From Candidatus Versatilivoraceae bacterium (GTDB lineage: Bacteria; Acidobacteriota; Terriglobia; Versatilivoradales; Versatilivoraceae), in the NCBI GenBank assembly GCA_965197895.1, contig OZ240232.1:714318-778317 (forward strand): a stretch of DNA of 64,000 nt. Direction: 5' to 3'. Shown one piece after another: positions 45,410 to 54,935 of this stretch; within the stretch, counting starts at the first letter, position 1; the number at the start of each line of letters is the position of its first letter. The notes below the pieces were generated by a model. That model ran no database searches. It saw only the letters and a program-made list of their open reading frames with translations, and had not been told where the DNA came from. The position numbers were made by a program, and so were the translations under genes.

Positions 45410-45538
45410 GGGATCAAACCTCGCTTCACTTTGATTCTCACAGGTCTCAGGAAAGAAAACCGAAACCGCCGCCGCTGCCGGAACCACAAAGCACAACGGA
45501 ACCGGGGAGGACCGAGCCGGGCGACGGCAGGTCCGGGG

Positions 45539-46549
45539 TTACTGCCAGGCTCGAATCCTGGGCGGGCCTAAGGACCATCGCAAGTCCATGGCCAGAGGAA
45601 AGTGTTCGTCGATCTTGTCCAAGTGCTCCTGTGGGATCTGCAGCTGACTTCCGCGGATCGAACTTTCTAGTTGTTCGAGGTTGCGGATGCCCATAATCAC
45701 CGAGCTCACCCCAGGATGCCGCAACGCCCAGCCAATGGAATACTCGGCCAAGCTGACCCCCAGTTCTCCCGCCAACCCTCGGACGACTTCGATTCTCTGC
45801 CAAATGGGTTCCGATAGGGGGCGCATCCAACCGGGGTGTTCGGCCAGACGGCTCCCCCGAGGCGTCTCTCCCACCCGATACTTGCCGCTCAGCCATCCGC
45901 CGTGAAGCACCTGGTAGGGGGTGATGCCGATCCCGAATTTCTTGCAGAAAGCGATTTCGGAGATCTCTATTTCCCGGCGCAGCATGCTGTATGGCGGTTC
46001 GTAGGCGATCATCCTTTCCAAGGCGAAGCGATCGCTCAACCAGAGCATTTCGCACATCTGCCAGGCCAGATAATTGGAAACGCCGAAGTAGCGAATCTTG
46101 CCCTGCTTCACGAACAGATCGAGTGTGCGCAAACTTTCTTCAAAGGGAGTTTCCAGATCGGGCCAGTGGAGCATCAGGACGTCAATGCAGTCGGTCCGGA
46201 GCCTGCGGAGACAATTCTCCAATTCGGTCTGCAAGTGAATTCTGGAGCCTCCTTTTTGGTGGGGGCCGGGACCCAGGGCGTTGGCAATTTTCGTCAAAAG
46301 AACCACCTGGTTGCGCTTGCCCTTCAAAATCCTTCCCAGATACTCCTCCGCCACGCCTCCCGGGCTACCGACCGTGCGGTTGTAGCCCTCGTAGGAACTG
46401 GCCGTGTCAATAAAATAGACCCCACGATCGATGGCCTGGTGAATCAGTTGGGTGGCTTCCTTCTCGGTGGTCGGGTTCCCGAACAACATGGTTCCGAAGC
46501 AAATCGGGGAGACCGAGACACCGCTGGCTCCCAGCCTTCTAAGTTTCAT
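45539..46549 (-). CDS. aldo/keto reductase
   Basis: 336 aa; FIDTASSYEGYNRTVGSPGGVAEEYLG, IRYFGVSNY: AKR signatures. Confidence 0.8.
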   Translation of the reverse strand: MKLRRLGASGVSVSPICFGTMLFGNPTTEKEATQLIHQAIDRGVYFIDTASSYEGYNRTVGSPGGVAEEYLGRILKGKRNQVVLLTKIANALGPGPHQKGGSRIHLQTELENCLRRLRTDCIDVLMLHWPDLETPFEESLRTLDLFVKQGKIRYFGVSNYLAWQMCEMLWLSDRFALERMIAYEPPYSMLRREIEISEIAFCKKFGIGITPYQVLHGGWLSGKYRVGETPRGSRLAEHPGWMRPLSEPIWQRIEVVRGLAGELGVSLAEYSIGWALRHPGVSSVIMGIRNLEQLESSIRGSQLQIPQEHLDKIDEHFPLAMDLRWSLGPPRIRAWQ

Positions 46550-46852
46550 GATTGACTCTCAAGAGTATTCTCGCTTCGCACTCCGGACCTATCTGGCGGC
46601 AGGATGGTCTTCAGCGGTCCGCCGGTTGACAATTCCGGAGGCCGTTCATAGCATACGGAGTCACTAGAGGCTCAGTATTATTGACACTGTTCCGGGGCAA
46701 GTCAAGGAAGGGAACGGGCGTTCCGGCAGGGCGAGGCCTTCATCGAGGAATGCGCTGGTGGCGGCAGCCGAGAAACCCCGATCCGCGAGGCCTACTGTAC
46801 ATTTCGGGGCCCTATCCCTGAAAGGGTCGTCGGGCGGTTTCCGAGGTGGTCA

Positions 46853-48772
46853 ATGCAGGTCAACGACGCGTTGTCGATTGCAGTGGCGGGATGCGGCAGC
46901 TTCGGGAAGCAGATGGCGGATCTTTTGGGAACGCTTCCCGGCTTTCGCATCAGCGCCGTTTGCGACGTCGATTCGGAGAAAGCCCTGGCCCTGGGAAAGA
47001 AGCTGAACGTTCCGGCCCATACCTGCTTCGAGCGCTGCTTGGAAGAAAGTCGAGCGGAGGCGGTAGCTCTGTTTACTCCCAACCACCTCCATGCTCCCAT
47101 GGCCATCGCCGCCGCTGGTGCGGGGAAGCACATCTTCTGCGAAAAGCCGATGGCCATGAATGTCGAAGAATGCTACGCGATGGTGGAAGCCGCCGAGGCC
47201 AACCGGGTGAAGCTGATGGTGGGCCATAAGCGGCGACTGCGTCCGCAGTACGCCAAAATGGCCGAGATTGTCCACGGCCTGCGCTACGGCAGGCCCTTGG
47301 CGGTGCAGGTCAACGGGTTCTACGGCCGTGAGCTGTGGGGATGGTGGACAAGACGCGAGATGGGCGGGGGCCTGCTGTTTCATTCGGGAGTCCACGATCT
47401 CGATTTCTTGAGGTACGTGTGCGGCGAGGCGGGAACGGTTTTCGCTCGCAGTCCCGTCAAAACCGACCATGGCTGTGATTTTGAGGATGCTTTGGCGCTC
47501 CTGATTCAATTCGAGTCGGGCGCGGTCGCCACCCTGCAGGTGAGCCCGTTTTCTCCCCAACGAACCTTTCGGCAAGCCTTCGGAGTGCACATCGTCCTTG
47601 AGCGGGGAGACCTCATCTATGATCCGGTTCAGGTGGCTGTGACTGTGCAGGGCAGAGGTGAGAGCCCTGAGCGGTTTCAGTTCGACAACGAGGCTGGCTT
47701 TCGCGAGGCTTACCGCACCGAATTCGAGAGCTTTGCAGACTGGGTGACCCGTGATGCCGAGCCGGTGCTGACCGGTTGGGATGGCCTGCGCTGCGTCGAA
47801 ATCATGGAAGCCGCTCAAATTTCGGCCTACAGCGGCAGGCAGGTTCAGCTCCCCCTCCCGAAACGGCGGGCTCGACGGGTCCTGTCGGGCACCGTTTCCA
47901 TGACCCGCGAGTTGGGCGAGCCCACGCTCTTCGCCCGAGGCCTCTCCATGGCGGAAGGTCCTGCCTTTGACCGGCAGGGTCACCTGTTCGTGGCCAACTG
48001 TCGCGCCCACCACATCTCCAAAATTTCACCCGGCGGTGCGGTCAGCGATTTTCTCTCCACCGGAGGAAAGCCCCAGGGTGTCGCTCTTGCACCCGATGGA
48101 CACTTGTTCATTACCGACAATCAGAAGCGGATGATTTTTCGAGCAGATGCCGACGGCAGGTTCGAGCCATTCTGCAGCCGCTATGAAGATGGGAGCCCGC
48201 TGCGGGGTCCCAACGAGATCACCATGGCTGCCAACGGGCAGATTTACTTCACCGACCCCGGAACCGCCTGGCGGGGCCGACCGGGGGGAGCCGTTTCCCG
48301 GATCGGCGCGTCAGGGCGGGCCGAGCTGTTGGCCGATGGACTGGAATTCACCAACGGGCTGGACTTCACGCCCGACGGCAAGAGGCTCTACGTGGTTGAA
48401 ACCACGACAGGAAAGGTGCTGTGCGCCTCTTTGGATGCCGATGGGGCCCTGGCCGAACCGCTGAGCGAGTTCGTTCGCTTCGAAGGCAGCGTCGGACCCG
48501 ACGGCATTCGCTTTGCTGCCAGCGGGAACCTCTACGTCACTCTTTTTGGTCGTGGCCAGGTGGCGGTCGTGAGCCCGCAAGGCAAGGTGGTCGACCGTCT
48601 CCGCGTACCGGGCTTGTTTCCGACCAATGTCATTTTCAGGGGGAGTTCGCTGTTGGTCTGCGAAGGGCAGACCGGCTCGATCTGGAAGTTCGACGTGGGT
48701 GAGGAGGGCGTTCCCTCCTATGCCCAGAGGATCTGGCAGGGAGCATTGGAAACCGATTCATGGTCCAGCTAG
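46853..48772 (+). CDS. Gfo/Idh/MocA oxidoreductase fused to C-terminal SMP-30/gluconolactonase/LRE-like beta-propeller
   Basis: N-terminus IAVAGCGSFGKQMADLL...TPNHLHAPMAIAAAGAGKHIFCEKPMA (Gfo/Idh/MocA). C-terminal ~300 aa with lactonase-like repeats (GPAFDRQGHLFVANC, GVALAPDGHLFITD, NGLDFTPDGKRLYVVE, PDGIRFAASGNLYVT). Confidence 0.7.
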   Translation: MQVNDALSIAVAGCGSFGKQMADLLGTLPGFRISAVCDVDSEKALALGKKLNVPAHTCFERCLEESRAEAVALFTPNHLHAPMAIAAAGAGKHIFCEKPMAMNVEECYAMVEAAEANRVKLMVGHKRRLRPQYAKMAEIVHGLRYGRPLAVQVNGFYGRELWGWWTRREMGGGLLFHSGVHDLDFLRYVCGEAGTVFARSPVKTDHGCDFEDALALLIQFESGAVATLQVSPFSPQRTFRQAFGVHIVLERGDLIYDPVQVAVTVQGRGESPERFQFDNEAGFREAYRTEFESFADWVTRDAEPVLTGWDGLRCVEIMEAAQISAYSGRQVQLPLPKRRARRVLSGTVSMTRELGEPTLFARGLSMAEGPAFDRQGHLFVANCRAHHISKISPGGAVSDFLSTGGKPQGVALAPDGHLFITDNQKRMIFRADADGRFEPFCSRYEDGSPLRGPNEITMAANGQIYFTDPGTAWRGRPGGAVSRIGASGRAELLADGLEFTNGLDFTPDGKRLYVVETTTGKVLCASLDADGALAEPLSEFVRFEGSVGPDGIRFAASGNLYVTLFGRGQVAVVSPQGKVVDRLRVPGLFPTNVIFRGSSLLVCEGQTGSIWKFDVGEEGVPSYAQRIWQGALETDSWSS

Positions 48773-48965
48773 ATCCAAAGACGGGATCTGATTCAGACTC
48801 GACGGAGGGGCCTGAAAGAACTAATGTTGCCTGCAAACAAACCATCAAAGCTAAACTGATCCGATCAGCATCGCCCCGAACTCTCTTTTAGTGCGGAGCC
48901 TCAAATGCCCCAATGGCGCTGACGAAAATGGAATCGTCCGGCGGATCATCAGGGCTTTCCTTAGC

Positions 48966-49949
48966 TTAGGAGGTCCCGACGTAAGGATCCGCCAGTTTCT
49001 TGATCTCGGTAGCGGCGGCTTTCGCGCGCTCAGCCATGAAATCGGCGATCTGAACTACACTAACGTTCTTCGTTGCCTTGTGGGCGAGAATACCCGCGCA
49101 TAGTCCAACCAACAAAGCCACCCAAACTGGCCCACCCACCAGCGAGTACGCCGCGAGTGTGGCGCCTGTGCCGATGCCACCCTTGAGGTGACCGTCAACG
49201 AAGTTGGCATACTCGCCCGTCTGACGCGCCTTATGAAACGCTTTGGCCAGGGCGACAACGGTGACGATCAGCAGCAATGGATTCCCGCCAGCGACCGCGT
49301 ACACACCCATCCCGCTGGCGAGCTTGGAGAAGGCCTCGGTGTTGGCGCGATTCCAATGCAGCGCCAGAGCGACAACACCAATGACGCCGCTGAATAGCTC
49401 GGGCCCATCGTAGCTGTTGAGATCGTAGAACCAGTCTCTAGGGATGCGGAATTCCGATTGCAGAAATCCGGAGACTTGGTCATAAGTTGCTTTGTCCCAG
49501 TTGGCCAGCGGCAACCCCTTGGGGGTCGTCATGTCCCGGAAAATTCCCTGGAGGAATCCCATCGCCTCCTCGATGATGGTGTCCTCGGGCGATGCGTCGC
49601 GGACCGCCTTGACGGCCCCCGCGATGGTGTGTCCTCCATCGAATAATCTGTGGTTGCCTCCGCCGATACGGGTCGCAAGGTACCCGGCATCCATCGTTTT
49701 GTCGTAGATGGTAGCCGATCCATCTACTATGTCTTGCAAGAGCCCATTCAGGTCCCTGGACAGATCACTGGCCAACAACCCCTGTGTTGTGGTCAGCAGC
49801 CCGTCGGCCAGAGAGATGGCCGAATCCCGAGCCTTTCTGGATCCGGTTGTCACCCCGCCAACTACCGCACGGGCCGCTTTCGATGTCTTCTTCGGAACCG
49901 CCTGAATGGATCCCAACACCGACGATGTCGCATCCTTGATCTTCTTCAT
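48966..49949 (-). CDS. hypothetical protein with soluble N-domain and C-terminal 2-3 TM anchor; last gene of BNR-nudC-ODH operon
   Basis: Start chosen at MKKIKDATSS (ATG 49949), since the track ORF upstream overlaps the neighbouring gene. C-terminal TM segments (NPLLLIVTVVALAKAF, LVGGPVWVALLVGLCAGILA). No recognisable family; somewhat lower G+C by eye. Confidence 0.5.
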   Translation of the reverse strand: MKKIKDATSSVLGSIQAVPKKTSKAARAVVGGVTTGSRKARDSAISLADGLLTTTQGLLASDLSRDLNGLLQDIVDGSATIYDKTMDAGYLATRIGGGNHRLFDGGHTIAGAVKAVRDASPEDTIIEEAMGFLQGIFRDMTTPKGLPLANWDKATYDQVSGFLQSEFRIPRDWFYDLNSYDGPELFSGVIGVVALALHWNRANTEAFSKLASGMGVYAVAGGNPLLLIVTVVALAKAFHKARQTGEYANFVDGHLKGGIGTGATLAAYSLVGGPVWVALLVGLCAGILAHKATKNVSVVQIADFMAERAKAAATEIKKLADPYVGTS

Positions 49950-50008
49950 CGAGGTAATCCTATTCTTGAGCTTGCTAATACTACGCCCTTTCAATCGAGA
50001 AACGCGGG

Positions 50009-51103
50009 CTACAGGGAGGCGGTTCGCAGGAAAGCCCGCAGGCACTCCTTGCTCATCCCGGCGATTCCCAGTCGGTTCACGCCTCGTCCCTCCTTCCAGC
50101 CGTCGAAACCCATGATGATGGATCCGATGTCGACCAGGCTGCGCAGGGTCGGCGTGGGCACCTGATATTGACTGCCCACGGATGACCATGCAGCCAGGCC
50201 GTAGGGGATGTCTTCCGTCAGCCAGCGGCTCTCCAGGGTCCCGGGCGCCTTCAGGCGAGTCAGCATCCAGCTTCCGTTGATGGCGGCCCACAAGTCTCCC
50301 CGGGGTCCGAAGCCGGCCTGGTGGAAGGCTTCCTCGACGGGACAGAGGTCATAGCCCAAGGCCCTGGCCACGGCGAGGCGCTCTTCATCCACCTGCCGAA
50401 TGACCTTGACCACCGAGGGTGTGACTCCCTCTTCATAAAAGTAAAACTCCCCCTTGGAGTATTCCACCCGGCCGGCATTAAGGAGAACGCCGGCGGGATG
50501 GACGACGGGGTTCATGGCGGCCAGACCGCAGGCCATCACGTCGGGATAGGTCTGCATTCCGGGGAAGAGCGGCTCCAGCGCCTCCTGGACCCTGGCGGTT
50601 TCCGAAGCCGGCAGTACGCCGAGTCCGAGGCCGCTCACCGCGCCCCAGATAGTGGCCGTGTCCGGCGCCGTTTTTCGGCAGACATAGGGCGCCGTGTCGA
50701 CCTCAGCCAGTGTGGCTTGGGCCCCACCCCGGCTGCGCAGGATCCGGGACCATTCCAGTGTGCCCAGAGTCCCCGGCATCAAAACCACCGTATGGCGGGC
50801 GCTGAGATGGGGAGCACAGACCTCGGCGAACGGTTTGTGGGCGTATGCCGGGACGATCAGGAGAACCAGATCGGAAGCGGCCAGGGCTTCCCGGATGTCG
50901 GTCGTCAGACAATGGATCCTGGCCGGACCCTGACCGCAAACGCCTGCCAGGTGAATGACTCCGGAGTCTTTAATGGGATCCAGGCTGGTTTCAAAGCCTT
51001 CAATCTCGAAAAGGGTGACCTTAAACCCTCGCAGGGTCAGGCCGGCTGCAGTCGAGAATGCGGTGTTGCCGCCTCCCAGGATGGTGATGGATTGCTTTGG
51101 CAT
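50009..51103 (-). CDS. NAD/NADP opine (octopine/nopaline) dehydrogenase-family protein
   Basis: N-terminal Rossmann ITILGGGNTAFSTAAGLTLRGFKVTLFE and ~360-aa length fit the ODH family; moderate certainty. Confidence 0.5.
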   Translation of the reverse strand: MPKQSITILGGGNTAFSTAAGLTLRGFKVTLFEIEGFETSLDPIKDSGVIHLAGVCGQGPARIHCLTTDIREALAASDLVLLIVPAYAHKPFAEVCAPHLSARHTVVLMPGTLGTLEWSRILRSRGGAQATLAEVDTAPYVCRKTAPDTATIWGAVSGLGLGVLPASETARVQEALEPLFPGMQTYPDVMACGLAAMNPVVHPAGVLLNAGRVEYSKGEFYFYEEGVTPSVVKVIRQVDEERLAVARALGYDLCPVEEAFHQAGFGPRGDLWAAINGSWMLTRLKAPGTLESRWLTEDIPYGLAAWSSVGSQYQVPTPTLRSLVDIGSIIMGFDGWKEGRGVNRLGIAGMSKECLRAFLRTASL

Positions 51104-51278
51104 TGAAAAGACCTCGCTTTCGACTTTTTAGTCAACCTCGGCTTCGGCGCACGAGCATTCTTTTTTCTGACCGGGATGAGAGCCGGAAAACTCAGTGCAG
51201 CCTGTGAAGCTGAGAACCTTTTTCAGGGAAGCCAAGTGGGTTTCCGGTCTCTCGAGGTAACTCCGGCGGCCGGCTTCC

Positions 51279-52109
51279 CTAGGAAGAGCAGGTGATTTCC
51301 TGGAGGAATCCATCGATCAGACGGCGGGCGATGCTCAGGGGAGGCGGAAGCTTGGGCAGGTCGGTGGATCGGCACCACCGGGCATCCTCGATCTCGGCCG
51401 GGTCAATCTTCAGCTCTCCCCCGGCGTGCTCGGCTCTGTAGCCGATCATCAGCGAATGGGGGAAGGGCCAGGGCTGGCTGGCGACGTAGCGGACGTTCTT
51501 AACCCGTAAGCCCACCTCCTCCATCACTTCTCTTTCAACGGCCTCCTCCAGGGTTTCGCCCGGCTCGACAAAGCCGGCCAGGATGCTGTACATGCCCTCC
51601 GGAAAGTGAGGGGAACGACTCAGGAGCAATGCGTCGCCCCGGGCGATGAGCACAATAATGGCCGGAGCCAATCGGGGAAAGCTTTCCAGCCCGCAACGGG
51701 GACAAACGCGGGCACGCTCCGTTTCGTGGGTTGTCGTCGGGGATCCGCATCTCCCGCAGAATTGGTGGTTACGGTCCCACTCCACGATCTGCTTGGCGCG
51801 GCCCGCCAGGGCGAACAGCTCCTCCCCCAGGGAAGGGTAGAGTGCGCGCAGATTGTCGAAGGCCATGCCGGTGGCAGGTTGGCTTCGTTCATGCAGCTCT
51901 GCCGAGAAGCAGTGGCGGCCCTTCAAAACACCCAGGTACTGACTGCGAATGCAATCCAAGCCCGACTCGGAGGGATTTCCCAACAGAGGGATGGAGACCG
52001 ATCCATCCCGGACCCGGACCAGGAGGAGATCTCCACGGAAGGCAAACCACCAGGCGGCGGTTTGAAGGATCCCCGGGGGAGTGACTGCCGGAAGGAAGGA
52101 CTTGGGCAT
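51279..52109 (-). CDS. nudC: NAD+ diphosphatase NudC (Nudix hydrolase with zinc ribbon)
   Basis: Zinc ribbon CGRCGSPTTTHETERARVCPRCG, then Nudix box GFVEPGETLEEAVEREVMEEVG. Confidence 0.8.
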   Translation of the reverse strand: MPKSFLPAVTPPGILQTAAWWFAFRGDLLLVRVRDGSVSIPLLGNPSESGLDCIRSQYLGVLKGRHCFSAELHERSQPATGMAFDNLRALYPSLGEELFALAGRAKQIVEWDRNHQFCGRCGSPTTTHETERARVCPRCGLESFPRLAPAIIVLIARGDALLLSRSPHFPEGMYSILAGFVEPGETLEEAVEREVMEEVGLRVKNVRYVASQPWPFPHSLMIGYRAEHAGGELKIDPAEIEDARWCRSTDLPKLPPPLSIARRLIDGFLQEITCSS

Positions 52110-52150
52110 GGTCTTGGTGACGGCGTCCCGATTGATTTCTCCCTTTCCCG

Positions 52151-53398
52151 CTAATCGAGGGACCAGCGAGCCTGGCGCAGCACGGCACGATCCGGGCGGG
52201 AAGCCATTTCCAAATGACGCTGCACGCGCTGCTTGGACGGCGGTGCCTTGGGGGGAGGGGAATCCATCACTTCATACCAGGCAGTCAGCAGGGAACCATC
52301 CTCCAGTTCCACGGTGGAGGGGTAGCCGAGGTCGCTTGAGGTGCCGTCGCCGGAGATGATCATGGCGGAAGACCAGGTGCGTCCCTGGTCCTGGCTGATG
52401 CGTGCCTGGTTTCCCAGGGGCGGACGCCGATGGCCGTAGGTCATCAGCAGCCGCCCGTCCCGTAGCCGCATCAGGTGGGAGGGAAGCCCCCACACACCGA
52501 TGGGCCGGGGAACGGGCCAGGTCTTTCCTCCATCGACGGATTCGCTTTGGAGCGTCTCCCGTTCGTTGGCTTTATTGTGGTTTCGGATGTGGGCAATGAG
52601 GGCTCCGTCCGAGATTTCGACGGCATGGAGTTCATGGTAACCCTCGACGTCATCGCCGGACCGGGTTGGAATTTCAGCCAGCCAGCGCCAGCTCCGACCG
52701 TCGTCGGTGGACTCGCAAACCCCAATGCGCCCCTTGGATTGTCCGCTTTGGCCGTACCAGAAGATTTTGCCGGCGTAGAGCAGCCGCCCGTCGGAAAGTT
52801 GTATGGGTCCATGGGGGCTGTTGACCGGACAGCGGTAAGGAGCTGACCAACTGCGGCCGCCGTCGGTGGATCGGATCATCCAGCTCCCCAATTCGAGGTC
52901 GCGCTCGGCGGCCGTGATGCGACGATGGATGGCCTGCCAGCGCTCCAGTTTCCGGCGAGGCCAGACCCCCTGCCGGTTCGATTCGAGCCCTTCGGCCCGG
53001 GCCAGGATGGCGGCGTAGCCCACCGAAGTGAAGGTGGTGACCAGCAGCGTTCCCTCCGCGGTCTCCATCACCCCGGCATCTCGGTCGTCGACGGGACCGT
53101 CGATCAGCACGCGAGGAAAACTCCAATGCCCCCCTTCGTCCTTGGATCGCATCAACTCGACCCGGCCGAACGGGCAAACATGCGATTCTCGTCCTCCCGA
53201 GCACACCAGCAGCAACTCGCCATTACGGCGCCTCGCCAGTGTGGGCCAGCCGTGATAGAGCCGGGGTTGCATGCTGATCACCCTCTTGGCGTGAATTCGA
53301 GCGGGGGGAGCAGCCAGTGCCAATCTGCCAAAGGCCAGTCCGGAGGTCAGGGTTCCGATCCCTTGAAGTATTTGCCGACGGGTCGCTGCGCCTTCCAT
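52151..53398 (-). CDS. TAT-exported BNR/Asp-box repeat protein (sialidase-like beta-propeller)
   Basis: TAT signal RRQILQGIGTLTSGLAFGRLALAAP. Asp-boxes SKDEGGHWS, STDGGRSWS, STDDGRSWR, SVDGGKTWP, SQDQGRTWS. No FRIP motif. Confidence 0.7.
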   Translation of the reverse strand: MEGAATRRQILQGIGTLTSGLAFGRLALAAPPARIHAKRVISMQPRLYHGWPTLARRRNGELLLVCSGGRESHVCPFGRVELMRSKDEGGHWSFPRVLIDGPVDDRDAGVMETAEGTLLVTTFTSVGYAAILARAEGLESNRQGVWPRRKLERWQAIHRRITAAERDLELGSWMIRSTDGGRSWSAPYRCPVNSPHGPIQLSDGRLLYAGKIFWYGQSGQSKGRIGVCESTDDGRSWRWLAEIPTRSGDDVEGYHELHAVEISDGALIAHIRNHNKANERETLQSESVDGGKTWPVPRPIGVWGLPSHLMRLRDGRLLMTYGHRRPPLGNQARISQDQGRTWSSAMIISGDGTSSDLGYPSTVELEDGSLLTAWYEVMDSPPPKAPPSKQRVQRHLEMASRPDRAVLRQARWSLD

Positions 53399-53518
53399 GA
53401 TTGTCCTCCGAAGTCTTTTGGGGATGATGGTCTGGAGTGGGAGTATAGGCTCAAGCCTCGGCTCCCATCAACCCCTTTGCACCGTTTTCAGCCGTGTCCC
53501 GTCCGGGAAGCCGGCGCC

Positions 53519-54634
53519 TTATTGATAAGCCAATGCCTGCACGGGATCGCTGCTGGCGGCCTTGAGTGCCGGGTAGAGCGCGCCGACAATCCCGCTGATG
53601 GAGACGAACAGCACGGTCAGTATCACCCAGATTAGTGGAATGACGAGGGGCTGAGCAGGGTAGAGAAGTTGGATGATTTGCTGACCTATAATGGTCAGCA
53701 GGAATCCGGTGAGAAGGCCCGCCACACAGAGAACCACCACTTCCATCAGCACCAGGTTGACGATATAGCCTTTCGAGGCTCCCAGGGACTTAAAGATGCC
53801 GATCTCCCGGGTCCTTTCCGCGATGGTGGTGTACATGGACAGGAAACAGGCGAAGGAGCCGATAGAAATGGCCAGACCGATGACCCCACTGAGGAACGCG
53901 CCATAGGCCGGAGGCCTTCCATTCCTCAACAAGGAGACCCACTCCCGCATCGAGGACACGCTGATGTTCGGAATCAGCTCCCGGATTTGGGTGATGGCGG
54001 CCTTTATTTGGTCTGAATCCTTGAGTTTCACCAGAAAGGTTGAAGCCTGACCTGCCCTGTCCGTGATCGTTTGCAAACTCCGGATGGGCAGATAGACCCT
54101 GCCTCCCATGCCATTTCTAAAGATGCCCACCACCCGGAAAGACTCTCCCTTCAATTCGAAACGATCTCCCACTGCCAGGCCATTCGATTTGGCGTGCAGG
54201 TCGTCGATAAGGGCTTCTTGGGTTGCAGGACCGCTGAAACCTCGGCCCTCGAGGTACTCCAAATGGCCGGCGACGGCTTCAAAGCTCGGCAAATCGATTC
54301 CGTAAACGGTCAACCAGCTTCCGCGGAGCCGAGCCAGGAAAAGAATGGGTACGACGGCCTCCACAGTTTCGAGCTGACGCAGGGTTTCGGCAGCAGACTC
54401 AGGAATAATGGTGCTGCCGGTGGTGAAAAAGAGCGGCGGCGCATTGGCGGGCCGAATGATGATGTCTGCGCCGATGTTCTGTTGACGGTTGGCATTGTCC
54501 TGAATCATGCCGTTGGCAATACCCATCACCAACAGGATCAACACCACTTCAAGGCTGATGGCCAGAACGCTGACCAGGGCTCGCACCGGGCGGTGAATGA
54601 CGTTTGCGAAGACTACTTTAAGGGTTGTCATCAA
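53519..54634 (-). CDS. ABC transporter permease, FtsX/MacB-like
   Basis: 371 aa: N-terminal TM, large periplasmic domain, 3 C-terminal TMs with FtsX signature (ERTREIGIFKSLGAS). No adjacent ATPase gene. Confidence 0.75.
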   Translation of the reverse strand: MMTTLKVVFANVIHRPVRALVSVLAISLEVVLILLVMGIANGMIQDNANRQQNIGADIIIRPANAPPLFFTTGSTIIPESAAETLRQLETVEAVVPILFLARLRGSWLTVYGIDLPSFEAVAGHLEYLEGRGFSGPATQEALIDDLHAKSNGLAVGDRFELKGESFRVVGIFRNGMGGRVYLPIRSLQTITDRAGQASTFLVKLKDSDQIKAAITQIRELIPNISVSSMREWVSLLRNGRPPAYGAFLSGVIGLAISIGSFACFLSMYTTIAERTREIGIFKSLGASKGYIVNLVLMEVVVLCVAGLLTGFLLTIIGQQIIQLLYPAQPLVIPLIWVILTVLFVSISGIVGALYPALKAASSDPVQALAYQ

Positions 54635-54935
54635 TCGGCGGTGGTCGCCGGCTCCGTCCTCAGGGAATGCTGGACTCGAGAGGGGGTCCCAGGGACCCGC
54701 TTGCAGGTCGAGCGCATTTTAGCATGATCGTCCCATCCCTGGTGCTTCCTGGTTTGAGCCCTGTCGGTAACCTGTGAAATGTCGTGGGTCAATCACAGGG
54801 GGAATGGCCGGTCATGAGCCTGTGAAAAAGGGAAGAATAGGGGACGGTTTGACTCTTGCCCGCAGTCACGAAGGATAGACTTCCACAAAATCACAGTTTC
54901 AATGGTCCGCAGTGCCGGCAGGGAGCGCGCGGGAC

